A stretch of DNA of 64,000 nucleotides from a virus. The DNA is taken from IMG/VR virus record IMGVR_UViG_3300021964_007043. The stretch is one strand, 5' to 3'. This document shows positions 38,401-48,684 of the stretch, piece after piece. How positions within the stretch are numbered: position 1 is the first letter of the stretch; each line of letters begins with the position of its first letter. A model generated the notes under the pieces. The model worked only from the letters and a program-made list of their open reading frames with translations, was not told the DNA's origin and searched no databases. Position numbers and translations under genes: made by a program.

Positions 38401-41400
38401 GCTTGGTAGATATGGTTCTATCGATAACGAAAAACAAATTGAGTACAAACTTACAGATGATAAGTTAGAAGAAGCCCCTCAAATATTTGAGATTGTAAAC
38501 TCTGATCCTAAAGTTATCGATAAGATTTATAGATTATTACCAGCAGATGTTAACGATAAGCCTGAAGGCTATATTCATGAGTCTGCAATGCCTGTTAAGG
38601 CTGTAAGAGAATATTTGAAAACAGGTGGCTATGTAAACCAGGATCATGTAACCTATATTGCTTATGACAAAGAAGAACTAGCAAATACTGATGTAAACTT
38701 AGTTAAGCTAGGAGATTATATCTGGTTAATAGAAACCGGCGCAGATGATTGGACTGTTTACCAAATAATAGATACAAAGATAAAAGCAATAGACCTAGAA
38801 CCTAACACTGGTGATTTTACAGAAGATAACGATCCGCTTATAGAAATAACACTAGATAAGTGGACAAAAAATAATATACAAGTAGGCGAAATATTTGGAG
38901 TATTAGGTGCTTCATCTTATGAGTTAGAAGGACTTTATGAAGTTCAAAAAGCAGAACTTAACAAAATAAAGTTTGTGTCTACAACTACTCCAACTAACTT
39001 TGAAAATCAAGAGTTAGCTTTAGTAAAACTTAGACCTGTAAGAGTTACAAAATCTTCTGAAATAAATGATGTTGTTAAAGAGTCATTATTAAACGATCAG
39101 CGTTTTTGGGTAGATGATTTTAATAATGGGTCGTGGGCAGTTGTTGAAAATAATCCGGTTTATAGCCAGCGTCAAGTAGTTGCTAATCCAAGTGATTGGG
39201 ATAGTACAGATCAAGAGTTTGGAAAAACTATGGCTGTTACCGCAAATAACAGAACTATGGTTATAGGTGCACCAGGTGACGAAAATGGTAAGATAACAGT
39301 ATATCAAAGACCTAGAGAAAATAGTAACTTTATTGTTAACCAGGAAATAACATTTACTGAAGAAGATAAGTTTGATGTTACTGATAGTAGATTTTCACAA
39401 TCTGTGGATATTTCACCCGACGGAGAATATATTGTTGTAGGTATACCTAATGCCTCTAATGTAAAGACAAAATATAAAGGAGAGTTTAATCCTACTTTGG
39501 GTTATGTTAAAGGAGATATTGTAAAATATAGAGAAAGTTTATGGCAAGCTCTCCGAGAAATACAACCGAAAACTGTTTCCCAAGATTTCTCAACTTTTGA
39601 TAACTATCAAAATATCATCCAAGATCCATCCGTCGATTCAACAAACTTAACATTACTTGTGTCCGGTGATCCGGGATTAGAAAATAACTATGTAGATCAC
39701 TTCTTAGTAAGAGCACCGCTTGATATGTACTTAGGTACAAAATCAAGAAACTTTGAAACAGACGAGTCGGGAGATTTTGTAAGCCTTATTTGGAATCAGC
39801 GCAGTTTTGCATATCCAACACTTGATAACTATCAACCGTTTAACGGAGCATTTCCAAATCTAAATGCTTCTTGGTTAACAAATACATTGCATGAGATTAT
39901 TCATAAAGTAGATGCTGTATTGCAAATACCGACATTTATTGCCCTTCCTGATGTCGGAGATTTTGTAACATCAAACACAGGTAGAGCAGAAGTTGTCTAT
40001 GTTTCTACAGCAGAAGACAGTGCAGTGATATATGTTAAAGAAATAAATGGTATATTTGAAATAACAGGAGAGCTTTTTGTTAACGAAACAGAGTTTATAG
40101 GACTTTATTCATTAGAAGAAACCTTTACTACTAGCGATTTGCTAGGCGGATATTGGGTATTCAAAACTTATAATTCAGATGCAGCACCTGTATCGGGTTG
40201 GGAAAGCGAAATAGTAGATGTTGACGGATTTACGTATAGAAACTTATCAAGTTTTTATGATGTTGGCCAGGGGTTGACAGTTTCAGATGTTATTATTGCT
40301 GCTGAAGAAGGAAGAGCAGTTAGAAGATACTATAATGTTCAAGACGATGTAGGAGAAATAGGTGAATATGTTAACTTAAAAAACAGAGTAAGTTTTATGA
40401 CACAACTGTCCTACACCGGTGATCCAACAGATGCAGACGGCCAAGATGGAACAGAACTAGTCCGTATTACAAATAAATGGGTAGTAAGAGTTGGAAAGCA
40501 ATTTTCAAATGATTTAAGTCCTGGAGATAGTTTTAATCTACAAATATATGATGTCGATGTAGACATTAATTATGATGGAACACTATTATCAGACTCGATA
40601 GTAAACACTGAACAAACTATCTCAGAAATTTGGGATGGATATATCGATTGTGAACTATCTAGGTTTGACGCTTCTGGATTCCCCTTCCAGCCACAAGGAA
40701 GATATTATCATGACGGAACCATTTTACAAACTAGAGATCGAGGCGATGTGATTATTGATGTACAAACAGCAAGTGACGGGTCTGGAGGACTTGCTGTTAG
40801 TGCATTGGCTCCTAATAGTGCTGCCGAAGTAATGTATGTGCAGCGTGATTTTAATAAACTAAGATTATACGTTCGATTACTTGATGAATACACAGAAGCA
40901 GATGGAACTGTTGTATCAGTAAGCGGAACTTTTGAAGAACTTAATAATATTGGAAGGTATGAACTAAAACGGTTAGCCAATGATGATATTAGAGGCAGCG
41001 GCGATGTTGACAGAGTATTTGGAGAAGTCGAGTCTTCTCAAAACGATATAGTTGTAGGAACAAGTGTTGTAGGAAAGTTACTAGTGTTTGAAGCAGATTC
41101 TGATTTTGTAAACTCTAGTAATTCTTGGACAGATACTCCTATATTATCAGACATAGAATATTATTTCTTTAGAGAAGGAATAAATCCTGGTATACCTCTT
41201 GATGAAAATCCGCCTTATAGTTTAAATAAGGATTACCGACAGTTGTTCAATATGCCTGTAGATGAGTTTGGTACTTCAAATGGCTTTGCTAACGAAGGAG
41301 TAATAGCAATATACAGGCGTAAAAATGATTCCACTTATGCTTTACAAAAAACCCTTGCAAGTTTATATTTTAAAGAAGATAGACAGTTTGGGTCTAAAGT

Positions 41401-44400
41401 TAGAATCGTACAAAATAACAAGTATTATACCTTATTAGTATCTGCAAGTGGATCAGGTACTAAAGAAAATGCAGGACAAATAGAAATATTTAGACACGGT
41501 ATTAGACCGACAGACGCCTTTAGCGGAGATTACCAAGTTAGAGATTATGAAATAGACGAAATAGTTTATTATAAAGATGAATATTATGAAGCTATTAGAT
41601 CTGTGCCTAGCATAGTTATTCCTACAGATCCAGTTTATTGGAGAAATATAAGTTGGAGATATGGTAAAGACGTTAACTACAGAGGCGAATGGAATAATGC
41701 TTACAGCTATGCAGAAGACAATATTGTACTCAAAGACAATACTCTTTATAAAGCAACTACTAATATAAGTCAAGATGTTCCTTTTACCACTAGTGATTGG
41801 ACTGAAGTTGATAGTAGAATAGACTATGTAGGGTATTTGCCTAATCTAACTGGACAAACGTTATACGATGAAGACATCTATGATCCAGCAACTGATGTTT
41901 TACAGTTTACACAAACATTTGATATAAGCGACGATGCTGAAGTATTAGTTGTAAAATCAGAACTTGCTGCTAGTGATAGTACTACTAAAAAGCGCATAGT
42001 TGTTTACCGTGCTATAGACAATAAGTTTGCTGTTGACCAGATTATAGAATCTCCTAATAATGATACAGAATGGGGCGAAAACATCAGTCTTAATCCGCAA
42101 GGTGACAAGTTTGCAGTAAGTGCGTCTAAAAATGATGAAGCTGGTACAGACAAAGGAATAGTTTATATTTACAAACTACAAAACGGACAGTTTGTATTAG
42201 ATCAAATGCTAACTAGTCAGCAAAACGAAGTAGCAGAAGAGTTTGGACATGCACTAGACTTTGGTAGTGAAAACTTATTGATTAGCAGTCTTAATGGCGA
42301 TCAAAAAATTCCAACTACATTTGACAGCGAAACAACATTCTTTGATAGTAGATTTACTAAGTTTGAAAATATTAAACTAGATAAAGGTGTGATTTATATC
42401 TACGAAGATTTAAACAACGAACTTGTTTATTCTGAAAACATAATATATCCGAGTGTACAAGCAACATTTGGCGAAAACTTATACAATGTTAAAAACCATA
42501 TCTATGTTGGTATCCCTCTACAAAGTTCTGGAACATGGGACGCAGAAAATGATACACTTGACGGATATAGAGGACAAGTAGTAAACTTTAGAAAAGATGT
42601 TGGTTCAACAGCATGGGAAAGATTAGACACACAAGTACTTCCTGTTGATGTTGATAAGATTTCTGGAATAACTTTGTATAACAAGAGAACTAATACTTTT
42701 ATATCAAGACTAGACTATATCGATCCCTTACAAGGAAAAATAGCAGGCCCTGCAGAACAAGAAATAGATTACAAAGCTGGGTTTGATCCTGCAAACTATA
42801 ATACAGGACTAGCAAGCGATTTCTTAGTAGACCCTGCAAGATATTGGGGGAAAGAGCATGTCGGTGAAACATGGTGGGCAACTAACGGCGCAAGATTTAC
42901 ATATCCATACCGTGGCTCTATTAATGATCAAAAACGTGATTGGAATAAACTTATTAGAGGTTCTAGTATAGATATTTTTGAATGGGTAGAAAGCGATTAC
43001 GTACCACAAGTTTGGGACGAACTTGCAGATACTGACAATGGATTAAAACTCGGAATAAGTGGACAAAGTGTTTACGGAAATACTCGTTACAGCACACAGT
43101 TAACATATGATAAAATATCTCAAAACTTTAGAGCAAAATACTATTTCTGGGTGCAAAATAAACGTACAATACCTACAGATTATAAACCTAAGAGAAAACT
43201 AAACTGTGTAGATATTTCAAACTTAATAGAAAATCCTAGATTGCAGGGTTATAAGTATGCAAGTCTTATAGGCGCAAATAGATTTATTCTTAATAACTGT
43301 AATGATCTTATACAAGGTGACGATGTTATACTTCAAATAAGATATAAAGAAGATACTGAAAATGTTATCAATAGACATAACGAATATCAAATCTTAAGTG
43401 AAGGTTTAGAAACTAGCTTTATTCACCCTGACATAGAAAGAAAATGGTGGGACAGTCTTATTGGGTTTGACACCAACTTAAGGCCTGTTCCGGATTTAGG
43501 CATCCCTGCTAACAAGAGATATGGTATACAGAATAGACCTAGGCAGAGTATGTTTAAAAATCGTTTCGAAGCACTGAAACAAACAATCGAGCGTGTAAAC
43601 TTAGCAGTAGAATCTCAACTACTTATTGATAGTTACGATTTATCAAGGTTGCTAGAAAAAGAGGCACAACCTCTAGAAACAACAGGGCAATATGATACTA
43701 AGATTACAAACTATAGTGATATCCGATTTGTTAGTACAAATAAAGTACAACAAGCTGAGATTGACTTAGTTATTAGTAATGGGCGTATTGTAAGTGCAAA
43801 TATTATTAATGCCGGACGTGGTTACAAAGTTGCTCCGTCGTTTGATATAGAAGGACCAGGATCTGGTGTTATTATTGATTTTACAATCAATAATCTAGGA
43901 CAAATAACTGCGGTGAATATCTCAAATAGCGGCTCAGGATATCTTGATACTACTAGACTGATAGTAAGACCATTTAGTGTTCTTGTAGAAACAAATGAAA
44001 ACCTATATGGTAAGTGGACCATTTACAGTTGGAATGGTAGTTCTTGGTATGTTAGAAGTATACAAGATTATGATGTTTCTAACTATTGGGAATATCAAGA
44101 TTGGTATGCTGAAGGATTTAACCAGTTCTCAACTATCAACTATTCAGTAAAAGGAACATACTTATTACCTAGTCTAACTGATCAGTTAGGAGACATTGTA
44201 AAAGTTGAGTCTACTGGTTCAGGCGGCTGGATACTTTTACAAAAAGTTGCTTCTGGTTATACTGAGGATTATACTGAAAACTACAATGTTGTTGGTAGAG
44301 AAAAAGGAACTATATATTTTAAAGAATCTTTATACGACTATAGTGTAAATGCTGTAGGATTTGATAATAGATCTTTCGACAGTTTCTTTTACGATAATAA

Positions 44401-47400
44401 TCCAGTAAAAGAGTTGCGTATTATATTAGAAACACTTAGAGATGATATATTTGTTAATGATCTAGCAGCAGAATATAATAACTTATTCTTTGTTTCGGTA
44501 AGATATGCTCTTGCAGAGCAGCCTGGTTTAGATTGGATATTTAAAACTAGTTTCGTAAAAGCAAAATATAATGTTAGCGAACTTAGAAATGATTTAACGT
44601 TTAACAGCGATAATCTTAAGAGTTTTGAAGATTATTTGAAAGAAGTAAAACCTTATAAAACAAAAATAAGAGAATACGTTGACGTTTATGATAAAGTAGA
44701 TCCTACAAATACTAGTGTTACAGATTTTGATCTACCACCATTTTATAGTGTTTCAGACGGTACTATTGTACCAAATAGAAGTGTAGTAAAGAACAGCAAT
44801 ATTGATACTGTAAACACTACTGAGTTTGACGAATATCCGAGAAAACATTTTATTGAAAATGTAGGCTACACCGTTACCGAAATAAAAATAAAAGACGGAG
44901 GAAGCGGTTATACATTTACTCCTAAGATTAACATTATCGGAGAAAGCACAAGACAAGCTAAAGCAGTTGCATATATTGGTTACGGAAAGATTACAAATGT
45001 AAAAATAACAGACCCTGGTAGTGGATATATCACAAGTCCTATTGTTGAAATACAAGGAGCCCAAACAGATGACGGCACTCCTGCAAGACTTAGTGTAATA
45101 TTAGGCGATAGTCCGATAAGAACAGCACACCTGCGTATTAAGTTTGATAGACATTCTGGAACAGTGTTTATTGAAGAACTCCAAGAAGTTGAAACATTTA
45201 CTGGGAATAATGTGCAAGCACAGTTTGAACTAGAATGGCCAATGGATGTTGATCGTAAGAAAGTTTCAATCACAATAGATGGTAAAGAACTTTTAAACAG
45301 TGCATATACATACGAAAACGTAGAAAATACAGATAAGACTTATACAAGACAAAATGGTAAGATTACGTTTGCTACACCTCCTTTACAAGGAGAACAGATT
45401 GTAGTTAGTTATTATAAGCCTATTGATATGTTAGCAGCACAAGATAGAATACATCATTTTTACGAACCAATGACAGGAATGCTAGGCAAAGATTTTTCAC
45501 AGTTAATGAAAGGTATTGATTACGGTGGAGTAGAAGTTAAGTCAATTGATTTTGCAGGACCAAGTGGTTGGGATACAGCAGGATGGTATACTGACACTTG
45601 GGATACATTTGATAATACTTATGAAGATGAAGTATTTGTTGCAGATGGATCTACTATATTTGTAGAACTAAGTAAGCCATTGGAAAGTGGTATTATTTAT
45701 AATGTTTACAAAGGTGAATCAGGATCAGTTAATCTTGTAAGACTTGATGACCCTAACTTTGGAACTGAACAGCAAGTAAATGAAGATGCTATTATAGAAA
45801 GTATTACTGGTGACAGCACAACTACAGTTATTGATCTTGATACATTGGGTATTAGCTTTAATGACGGCGAAACACTTGTTGTAAGAAAAGTTTCAAGTGA
45901 TGGTTCGATTACACCTGATCCTACAAGCTATGACACACAAATAAGCGGTGGCGATTTACCATATGCAACGGCAAAAGGTGTAAATGCTGAAGAAATAGTT
46001 GTTGATGGCGACGGATTTATTAATCCTGTAACACATGCAGGCCCTGAAGAACTTATTCCTGGATTAGTTACAGATGCACTTGATATTAAAGTATACACTA
46101 GAGATCAAGACGGCAACGGAGTTATTCATAGTCAAAGTTATACAACTGATGGAATAAGAACTAAGTTTAGTTTAGGAACAATACCTTCTACAAAATATGC
46201 AGTATTTGTAAAAATAAATGATATCTTAGTTGTAGATACAGAGTATACAATAGATTGGACTAATAATATTTTAACACTTAACAGTGTTCCAGCAGCAAAT
46301 CAGGAACTTAATATTATTGCTCAGTCTTTGGGTACTAATAGCTTGCTAGATTATGGAAAACATATTACAGACGGGTCGACTTCTGAAATCATAACAACTG
46401 TTGATTGGGTTGACGGAGCAAGTGTAAGTGCATCAGTTGATGGCGAGCCTATAGATATTATTGTATTCAATAGCAAGGATGAAGGATACGATTTACCTAA
46501 TCCTAAAGTTGGAATTAGGTTTGAGGAAATCTTGTTAGAAGACAGGGTTGTACACTATGCAGTATTTTCTTCAAACGATATTACAAACTACAGTAGAGTT
46601 ATTGTTAGTAACTTTATCGGAGACGGATCAAGAACGGCGTTTACACTAGATGACGTTCCATTTACAGCAGTACCATTAGAACATAAAATAATTGTAAAAG
46701 TTGGAAACAAGATTTTAAATCCGGGATACAATATTAAGTTTACAATACCTGAAAATAATCAAAGAACTTATGCATTTGAATCATTCCAACAAGCAATAGG
46801 AACACTAGATGTTGAAGAATTAAAAGTATTCTTAAATGGCGAAGAAATATTTTCTCCTATAGATTGGAGATATGATGTTGCAAATGCTACTATTTTATTG
46901 ACAGATAATACCGGACAACCAGGAGATACATTGGAAATATTTGCTATTGCAGACGGTGAATATGCGTTTGGATATTTAAACGGTTCGGATGTGTGGATTG
47001 ATACTCCAGGAACCTTACATCTAGACACACCACCATTGTTAGGTGAAGAACTTGAAGTATATCAGTTCAGTAATCATGATTTCTTGGGCATTGAACGCAT
47101 AAATTATGATGTAGTTGATAGAGGTTCTAGATCTATTGCAAGCGAGGTTACAACTTACAGATTATTAAAATCTGGAACTATTAGACTACGCGAGCCTGCA
47201 GTTGATGCACAGTATGTTTGGGTAAGCAAAAATAACGAGCTGCTTACTCCGAGTGTGGATTATTATATAAACGATGATAAGACTGAAGTGAAACTAGTTC
47301 AAACTCCTGCTGATGATGATGTTATAGATATATTACACTTTACAGCACCAGTTGGTGCAGCTAAGTTTGCATATCGTCAGTTTAAAGATATGCTTAATAG

Positions 47401-48055
47401 AACACATTATAAGCGTTTAGATAAAGCAGAGGTTACACTACGCCAGCCATTAAACTATTATGATCAGCGAATCGAAGTTAGAAAAGGCAATCTATTAGCA
47501 GAACCAAATAAAGGTAAAAACTTACCAGGCATTATTTGGATTAATGGAGAGCGTATAGAGTACTTTGTTAAAGAAGAAAACACTCTACGTCAGCTTCGTA
47601 GAGGTACATTAGGTACAGGTATTAAAAATATTCATGAGGAAGGTTCTGAGGTTTATGACCAAAATGTTAGTAAAACTGTTCCTTATCAGGATATTACAGT
47701 GAGCAAAGCATTTATAGCAGATGGCGTAACAACAGATTTTGAACCAGGATTTGAAATATCTAATATAAACGAAGTAGAAGTATTTGCAGGCGGAACAAGA
47801 TTGCGCAAAGCATCTATAGAAGTATTTGATCCTACAGTTGCCCAAGACAGTCCAGAAGGTGACAGTACTGAATCTGCAGAGTTTAGTGTAGAAAACAATA
47901 TTGTTAGTATTGTAAATATACCAGCAGATGAAACACAAGTTATGATAGTTAAAAAGACAGGTTCTTTATGGAGCCCCGAAGGTGAACAGTTAGCACAGAC
48001 AGAAAATAACATTGCAAGATTCTTACGTGCAGGCACAAGTGAGTTACCAGAATAA
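32483..48055 (+). CDS. Giant baseplate wedge / adhesin-like protein (gp7-like, 5190 aa)
   Basis: Follows gp6; N-terminal LPKFFRT..NKKFL and WDKFVNFREYYW; repeated CBM-like, FG-GAP-like, GSGY and F.GDG..T.F modules. Confidence 0.75.
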   Translation: MAFNDDNETNQSNSKITSSDFLPKFFRTNANKKFLQATLDQLIQPGEAEKIEGYFGRTNAKAFKATDNYIEDFSDERKNYQLEPALVSKDEFDNVTFYKDYNDYVNQLKVFGADTRNHSILNSQETYPWNPNIDWDKFVNFREYYWLPNGPQTVNVRGQAKEVVSTYTVTTVDDDDNTSYVFNDGLTRNPTLTLYRGQTYRFEVDVPGNPIAFAISRTFTPGAAILVAGTEGIRANGLYDGTLYDEEDANYDLGEFIVLPSGGSVTFEEDENVSTIYPDGIRKFGEEGEEVATVYLEKGTIELTIPENAPERLFYVSKNNIDTSGYVKIADIEENTFLNVTSDILGKKTYTSANGIEFTNGLKIRFQGDVTPDIYETDNWYVEGVGSNIKLINEKDLIIPAAYAEDNFVPFDRESFDTLPFSRANSYTGTKDYLVINRASQDRNAWSRYNKWFHKDVILKSVEYNGTENTTDESFRAKRPIIEFEAGLKLNNYGVYAKQDVDLIDTVTTDVFSNIEGQVGYRVDGVSLADNMRVLFVADPDILVNGKIYIVKFIRIGNKRQINLIEATDATPQSLETVLVTSGNKNAGKSYFYNGSSWQLCQEKIETNQEPLFDVFDIDKNSFSDTQTYNSSTFVGTKLFSYKRGTGSNDTELGFPLSYRNINNSGDIVFDFNLMLDTFTYEQDTDFFQKSINPGFLKKYKNLTDFEWVNGLSKTPQKSIQKVIRQYVVDEFENQSFEIDVYNNAATLSDLVVNVLVNNKLRKDYIIDRTNNSAYVVFNEELSDGDNVIIKTRSSAKKNINGYYDFPINLERNPQNEDFTEFTLGEVIDHVDTMIEDLRSFEGVYPGTSNLRDIGDIDVYGKRFVKHAGPINLSSYHVTNKNYNLIKALNYSRREYARFKRNFIEVSTGLGIDTNTKQHVDLILKDLNKDKLKTEPFYFSDTLAYQSANVIEYTILDVRTRSYALSQEFNLLDLTNKSVNVYLNGEQLIHGVDYDFSNPGFVDVFADFLQEGDILEIYEYDSTDGSFIPPTPTKLGLYPKYAPALTYDDTFRPEAGERPEDNIGYKIYAQSEEGYNAAGKIGWFYPLYTTLQAAQDKDLSLGGSGSAHKHMFKGSNIILYMPNTNAVHAGVDTNVYDAYPVGQPMVKGHDGSYVRCFYDYRDNLLLELEKRLFNNIKNDYNKEILNVQDFIGGEFRNSDYTREEVNSVLLRDFADWLTIVNNDYSDHYFYLRQDEFTFNYSSMKSYNGNTMPGFWRGIYQHIFDTDRPHTHPWEMLGFTIKPTWWNDVYGPAPYTADNLILWEDLQEGKIAEPGNIRYDNKYTRKDLLLHIPVNSDGSLKTPLEANIPDNFVLRPTTNNFSFGDWAPVENAWRRSSEYPFAVLTAMVLNKPAETIGLGFDISRIQRNFVGQYIYNPTSKTIKLDDILLPNTVQSSQRVMTAGLANYISNLISSNILKVYEDYQTELKSITNQLGLKIGGFTDKNKVKIILDSRSIVEDQSQNGVFVPEENYDVFLNTSSPTDLITYSGLIIEKVSNGFNIRGYSKDNPYFDYYLPLTGTRSVDITVGGIGEATTDWASRKIFAKGEVAENGGKYYRVTADFTSGATFDTENLALLPKLPVVGGKTANFKRNFSKQSIERIPYGHRFTTSQQVVDFILGYGERLKDIGFDFSYTINGRQIDDWNDSAKEFLFWTTQGWASGTLLTISPAANQLYFDRDYHVVDSLSDPFYGYTIFDENGQPLDLRFNSILRDQNSFGIEVVNTDHGLYHVALPIVQKEHVVLFDNKTVFNDIIYQPSTGYRQERLKINAYRTDNWQGGFNVPGFIFDDGQYTSWSEYKDYKIGDMVKYRQYYYIATQNIPGTNIFNDSQWYRLNEEPEKKLLTNFDYRINQFMDFYDLDNAGFDESQQELAQHLVGYQKRQYLANIINDDVSQFKFYNGFIQDKGTMNAVVKLFDSLSDNEEDKVKLYEEWAVQLGRYGSIDNEKQIEYKLTDDKLEEAPQIFEIVNSDPKVIDKIYRLLPADVNDKPEGYIHESAMPVKAVREYLKTGGYVNQDHVTYIAYDKEELANTDVNLVKLGDYIWLIETGADDWTVYQIIDTKIKAIDLEPNTGDFTEDNDPLIEITLDKWTKNNIQVGEIFGVLGASSYELEGLYEVQKAELNKIKFVSTTTPTNFENQELALVKLRPVRVTKSSEINDVVKESLLNDQRFWVDDFNNGSWAVVENNPVYSQRQVVANPSDWDSTDQEFGKTMAVTANNRTMVIGAPGDENGKITVYQRPRENSNFIVNQEITFTEEDKFDVTDSRFSQSVDISPDGEYIVVGIPNASNVKTKYKGEFNPTLGYVKGDIVKYRESLWQALREIQPKTVSQDFSTFDNYQNIIQDPSVDSTNLTLLVSGDPGLENNYVDHFLVRAPLDMYLGTKSRNFETDESGDFVSLIWNQRSFAYPTLDNYQPFNGAFPNLNASWLTNTLHEIIHKVDAVLQIPTFIALPDVGDFVTSNTGRAEVVYVSTAEDSAVIYVKEINGIFEITGELFVNETEFIGLYSLEETFTTSDLLGGYWVFKTYNSDAAPVSGWESEIVDVDGFTYRNLSSFYDVGQGLTVSDVIIAAEEGRAVRRYYNVQDDVGEIGEYVNLKNRVSFMTQLSYTGDPTDADGQDGTELVRITNKWVVRVGKQFSNDLSPGDSFNLQIYDVDVDINYDGTLLSDSIVNTEQTISEIWDGYIDCELSRFDASGFPFQPQGRYYHDGTILQTRDRGDVIIDVQTASDGSGGLAVSALAPNSAAEVMYVQRDFNKLRLYVRLLDEYTEADGTVVSVSGTFEELNNIGRYELKRLANDDIRGSGDVDRVFGEVESSQNDIVVGTSVVGKLLVFEADSDFVNSSNSWTDTPILSDIEYYFFREGINPGIPLDENPPYSLNKDYRQLFNMPVDEFGTSNGFANEGVIAIYRRKNDSTYALQKTLASLYFKEDRQFGSKVRIVQNNKYYTLLVSASGSGTKENAGQIEIFRHGIRPTDAFSGDYQVRDYEIDEIVYYKDEYYEAIRSVPSIVIPTDPVYWRNISWRYGKDVNYRGEWNNAYSYAEDNIVLKDNTLYKATTNISQDVPFTTSDWTEVDSRIDYVGYLPNLTGQTLYDEDIYDPATDVLQFTQTFDISDDAEVLVVKSELAASDSTTKKRIVVYRAIDNKFAVDQIIESPNNDTEWGENISLNPQGDKFAVSASKNDEAGTDKGIVYIYKLQNGQFVLDQMLTSQQNEVAEEFGHALDFGSENLLISSLNGDQKIPTTFDSETTFFDSRFTKFENIKLDKGVIYIYEDLNNELVYSENIIYPSVQATFGENLYNVKNHIYVGIPLQSSGTWDAENDTLDGYRGQVVNFRKDVGSTAWERLDTQVLPVDVDKISGITLYNKRTNTFISRLDYIDPLQGKIAGPAEQEIDYKAGFDPANYNTGLASDFLVDPARYWGKEHVGETWWATNGARFTYPYRGSINDQKRDWNKLIRGSSIDIFEWVESDYVPQVWDELADTDNGLKLGISGQSVYGNTRYSTQLTYDKISQNFRAKYYFWVQNKRTIPTDYKPKRKLNCVDISNLIENPRLQGYKYASLIGANRFILNNCNDLIQGDDVILQIRYKEDTENVINRHNEYQILSEGLETSFIHPDIERKWWDSLIGFDTNLRPVPDLGIPANKRYGIQNRPRQSMFKNRFEALKQTIERVNLAVESQLLIDSYDLSRLLEKEAQPLETTGQYDTKITNYSDIRFVSTNKVQQAEIDLVISNGRIVSANIINAGRGYKVAPSFDIEGPGSGVIIDFTINNLGQITAVNISNSGSGYLDTTRLIVRPFSVLVETNENLYGKWTIYSWNGSSWYVRSIQDYDVSNYWEYQDWYAEGFNQFSTINYSVKGTYLLPSLTDQLGDIVKVESTGSGGWILLQKVASGYTEDYTENYNVVGREKGTIYFKESLYDYSVNAVGFDNRSFDSFFYDNNPVKELRIILETLRDDIFVNDLAAEYNNLFFVSVRYALAEQPGLDWIFKTSFVKAKYNVSELRNDLTFNSDNLKSFEDYLKEVKPYKTKIREYVDVYDKVDPTNTSVTDFDLPPFYSVSDGTIVPNRSVVKNSNIDTVNTTEFDEYPRKHFIENVGYTVTEIKIKDGGSGYTFTPKINIIGESTRQAKAVAYIGYGKITNVKITDPGSGYITSPIVEIQGAQTDDGTPARLSVILGDSPIRTAHLRIKFDRHSGTVFIEELQEVETFTGNNVQAQFELEWPMDVDRKKVSITIDGKELLNSAYTYENVENTDKTYTRQNGKITFATPPLQGEQIVVSYYKPIDMLAAQDRIHHFYEPMTGMLGKDFSQLMKGIDYGGVEVKSIDFAGPSGWDTAGWYTDTWDTFDNTYEDEVFVADGSTIFVELSKPLESGIIYNVYKGESGSVNLVRLDDPNFGTEQQVNEDAIIESITGDSTTTVIDLDTLGISFNDGETLVVRKVSSDGSITPDPTSYDTQISGGDLPYATAKGVNAEEIVVDGDGFINPVTHAGPEELIPGLVTDALDIKVYTRDQDGNGVIHSQSYTTDGIRTKFSLGTIPSTKYAVFVKINDILVVDTEYTIDWTNNILTLNSVPAANQELNIIAQSLGTNSLLDYGKHITDGSTSEIITTVDWVDGASVSASVDGEPIDIIVFNSKDEGYDLPNPKVGIRFEEILLEDRVVHYAVFSSNDITNYSRVIVSNFIGDGSRTAFTLDDVPFTAVPLEHKIIVKVGNKILNPGYNIKFTIPENNQRTYAFESFQQAIGTLDVEELKVFLNGEEIFSPIDWRYDVANATILLTDNTGQPGDTLEIFAIADGEYAFGYLNGSDVWIDTPGTLHLDTPPLLGEELEVYQFSNHDFLGIERINYDVVDRGSRSIASEVTTYRLLKSGTIRLREPAVDAQYVWVSKNNELLTPSVDYYINDDKTEVKLVQTPADDDVIDILHFTAPVGAAKFAYRQFKDMLNRTHYKRLDKAEVTLRQPLNYYDQRIEVRKGNLLAEPNKGKNLPGIIWINGERIEYFVKEENTLRQLRRGTLGTGIKNIHEEGSEVYDQNVSKTVPYQDITVSKAFIADGVTTDFEPGFEISNINEVEVFAGGTRLRKASIEVFDPTVAQDSPEGDSTESAEFSVENNIVSIVNIPADETQVMIVKKTGSLWSPEGEQLAQTENNIARFLRAGTSELPE

Positions 48056-48074
48056 ATACAGTATAGGAAAAGTG

Positions 48075-48674
48075 ATGAGTAACATGCAAGACACAAACAA
48101 TTTTTTGGTTCAAGGACATATTAAAATCTTTGATCCTCAAACACAAGAGATTCTAGTAAACAAGCGTAATGCAATACATTATGAAAATATGAGTATTGCA
48201 ATGGCAGAAAGTCTAGGAAACGAAGGACAAGGATATATTTCAACCATGGCACTAGGCAATGGCGGAACAAGTGTTGATCCTACAGGTATTATTACATACC
48301 TTACACCAAACAGTACAGGTGCAAATGCAAGTTTGTATAACGAAACATATACTAAGATTGTAGATGATAGAAATGTTAATAACACTGATCCAGCACGTAA
48401 TAAAATAGAAATAAGACACTTGAGCGGTACTTCCTATACTGATATTGTTGTAAGCTGTTTATTAGATTACGGTGAGCCAGACGGACAGCAAGCGTTCGAT
48501 ACTGCAACAGGATCTGATAATGCTTATGTCTTTGATGAACTAGGATTAAAAAGTTACTCTGCAACAGGCGAAGGAAGATTACTAACACATGTTATTTTCC
48601 ATCCTGTACAAAAGTCATTAAACAGACTTATACAGATAGATTATACAGTGCGTGTACAGAGTTTAACAGGGTAA
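48075..48674 (+). CDS. Conserved virion structural protein (probable start 48075)
   Basis: TAAATA at 48053-48058 places the start downstream of the track's 48012; motifs KRNAIHYENMSIAMAESL, VFDELGL, THVIFHPVQKSLNR. Confidence 0.7.
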   Translation: MSNMQDTNNFLVQGHIKIFDPQTQEILVNKRNAIHYENMSIAMAESLGNEGQGYISTMALGNGGTSVDPTGIITYLTPNSTGANASLYNETYTKIVDDRNVNNTDPARNKIEIRHLSGTSYTDIVVSCLLDYGEPDGQQAFDTATGSDNAYVFDELGLKSYSATGEGRLLTHVIFHPVQKSLNRLIQIDYTVRVQSLTG

Positions 48675-48684
48675 GGAATAAAAT

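Noticed and set aside
48012-48074. N-terminal extension of ORF 48012..48674 overlapping the giant ORF
   Set aside because: A late promoter at 48053-48058 and an RBS-like AGGA favour the ATG at 48075.
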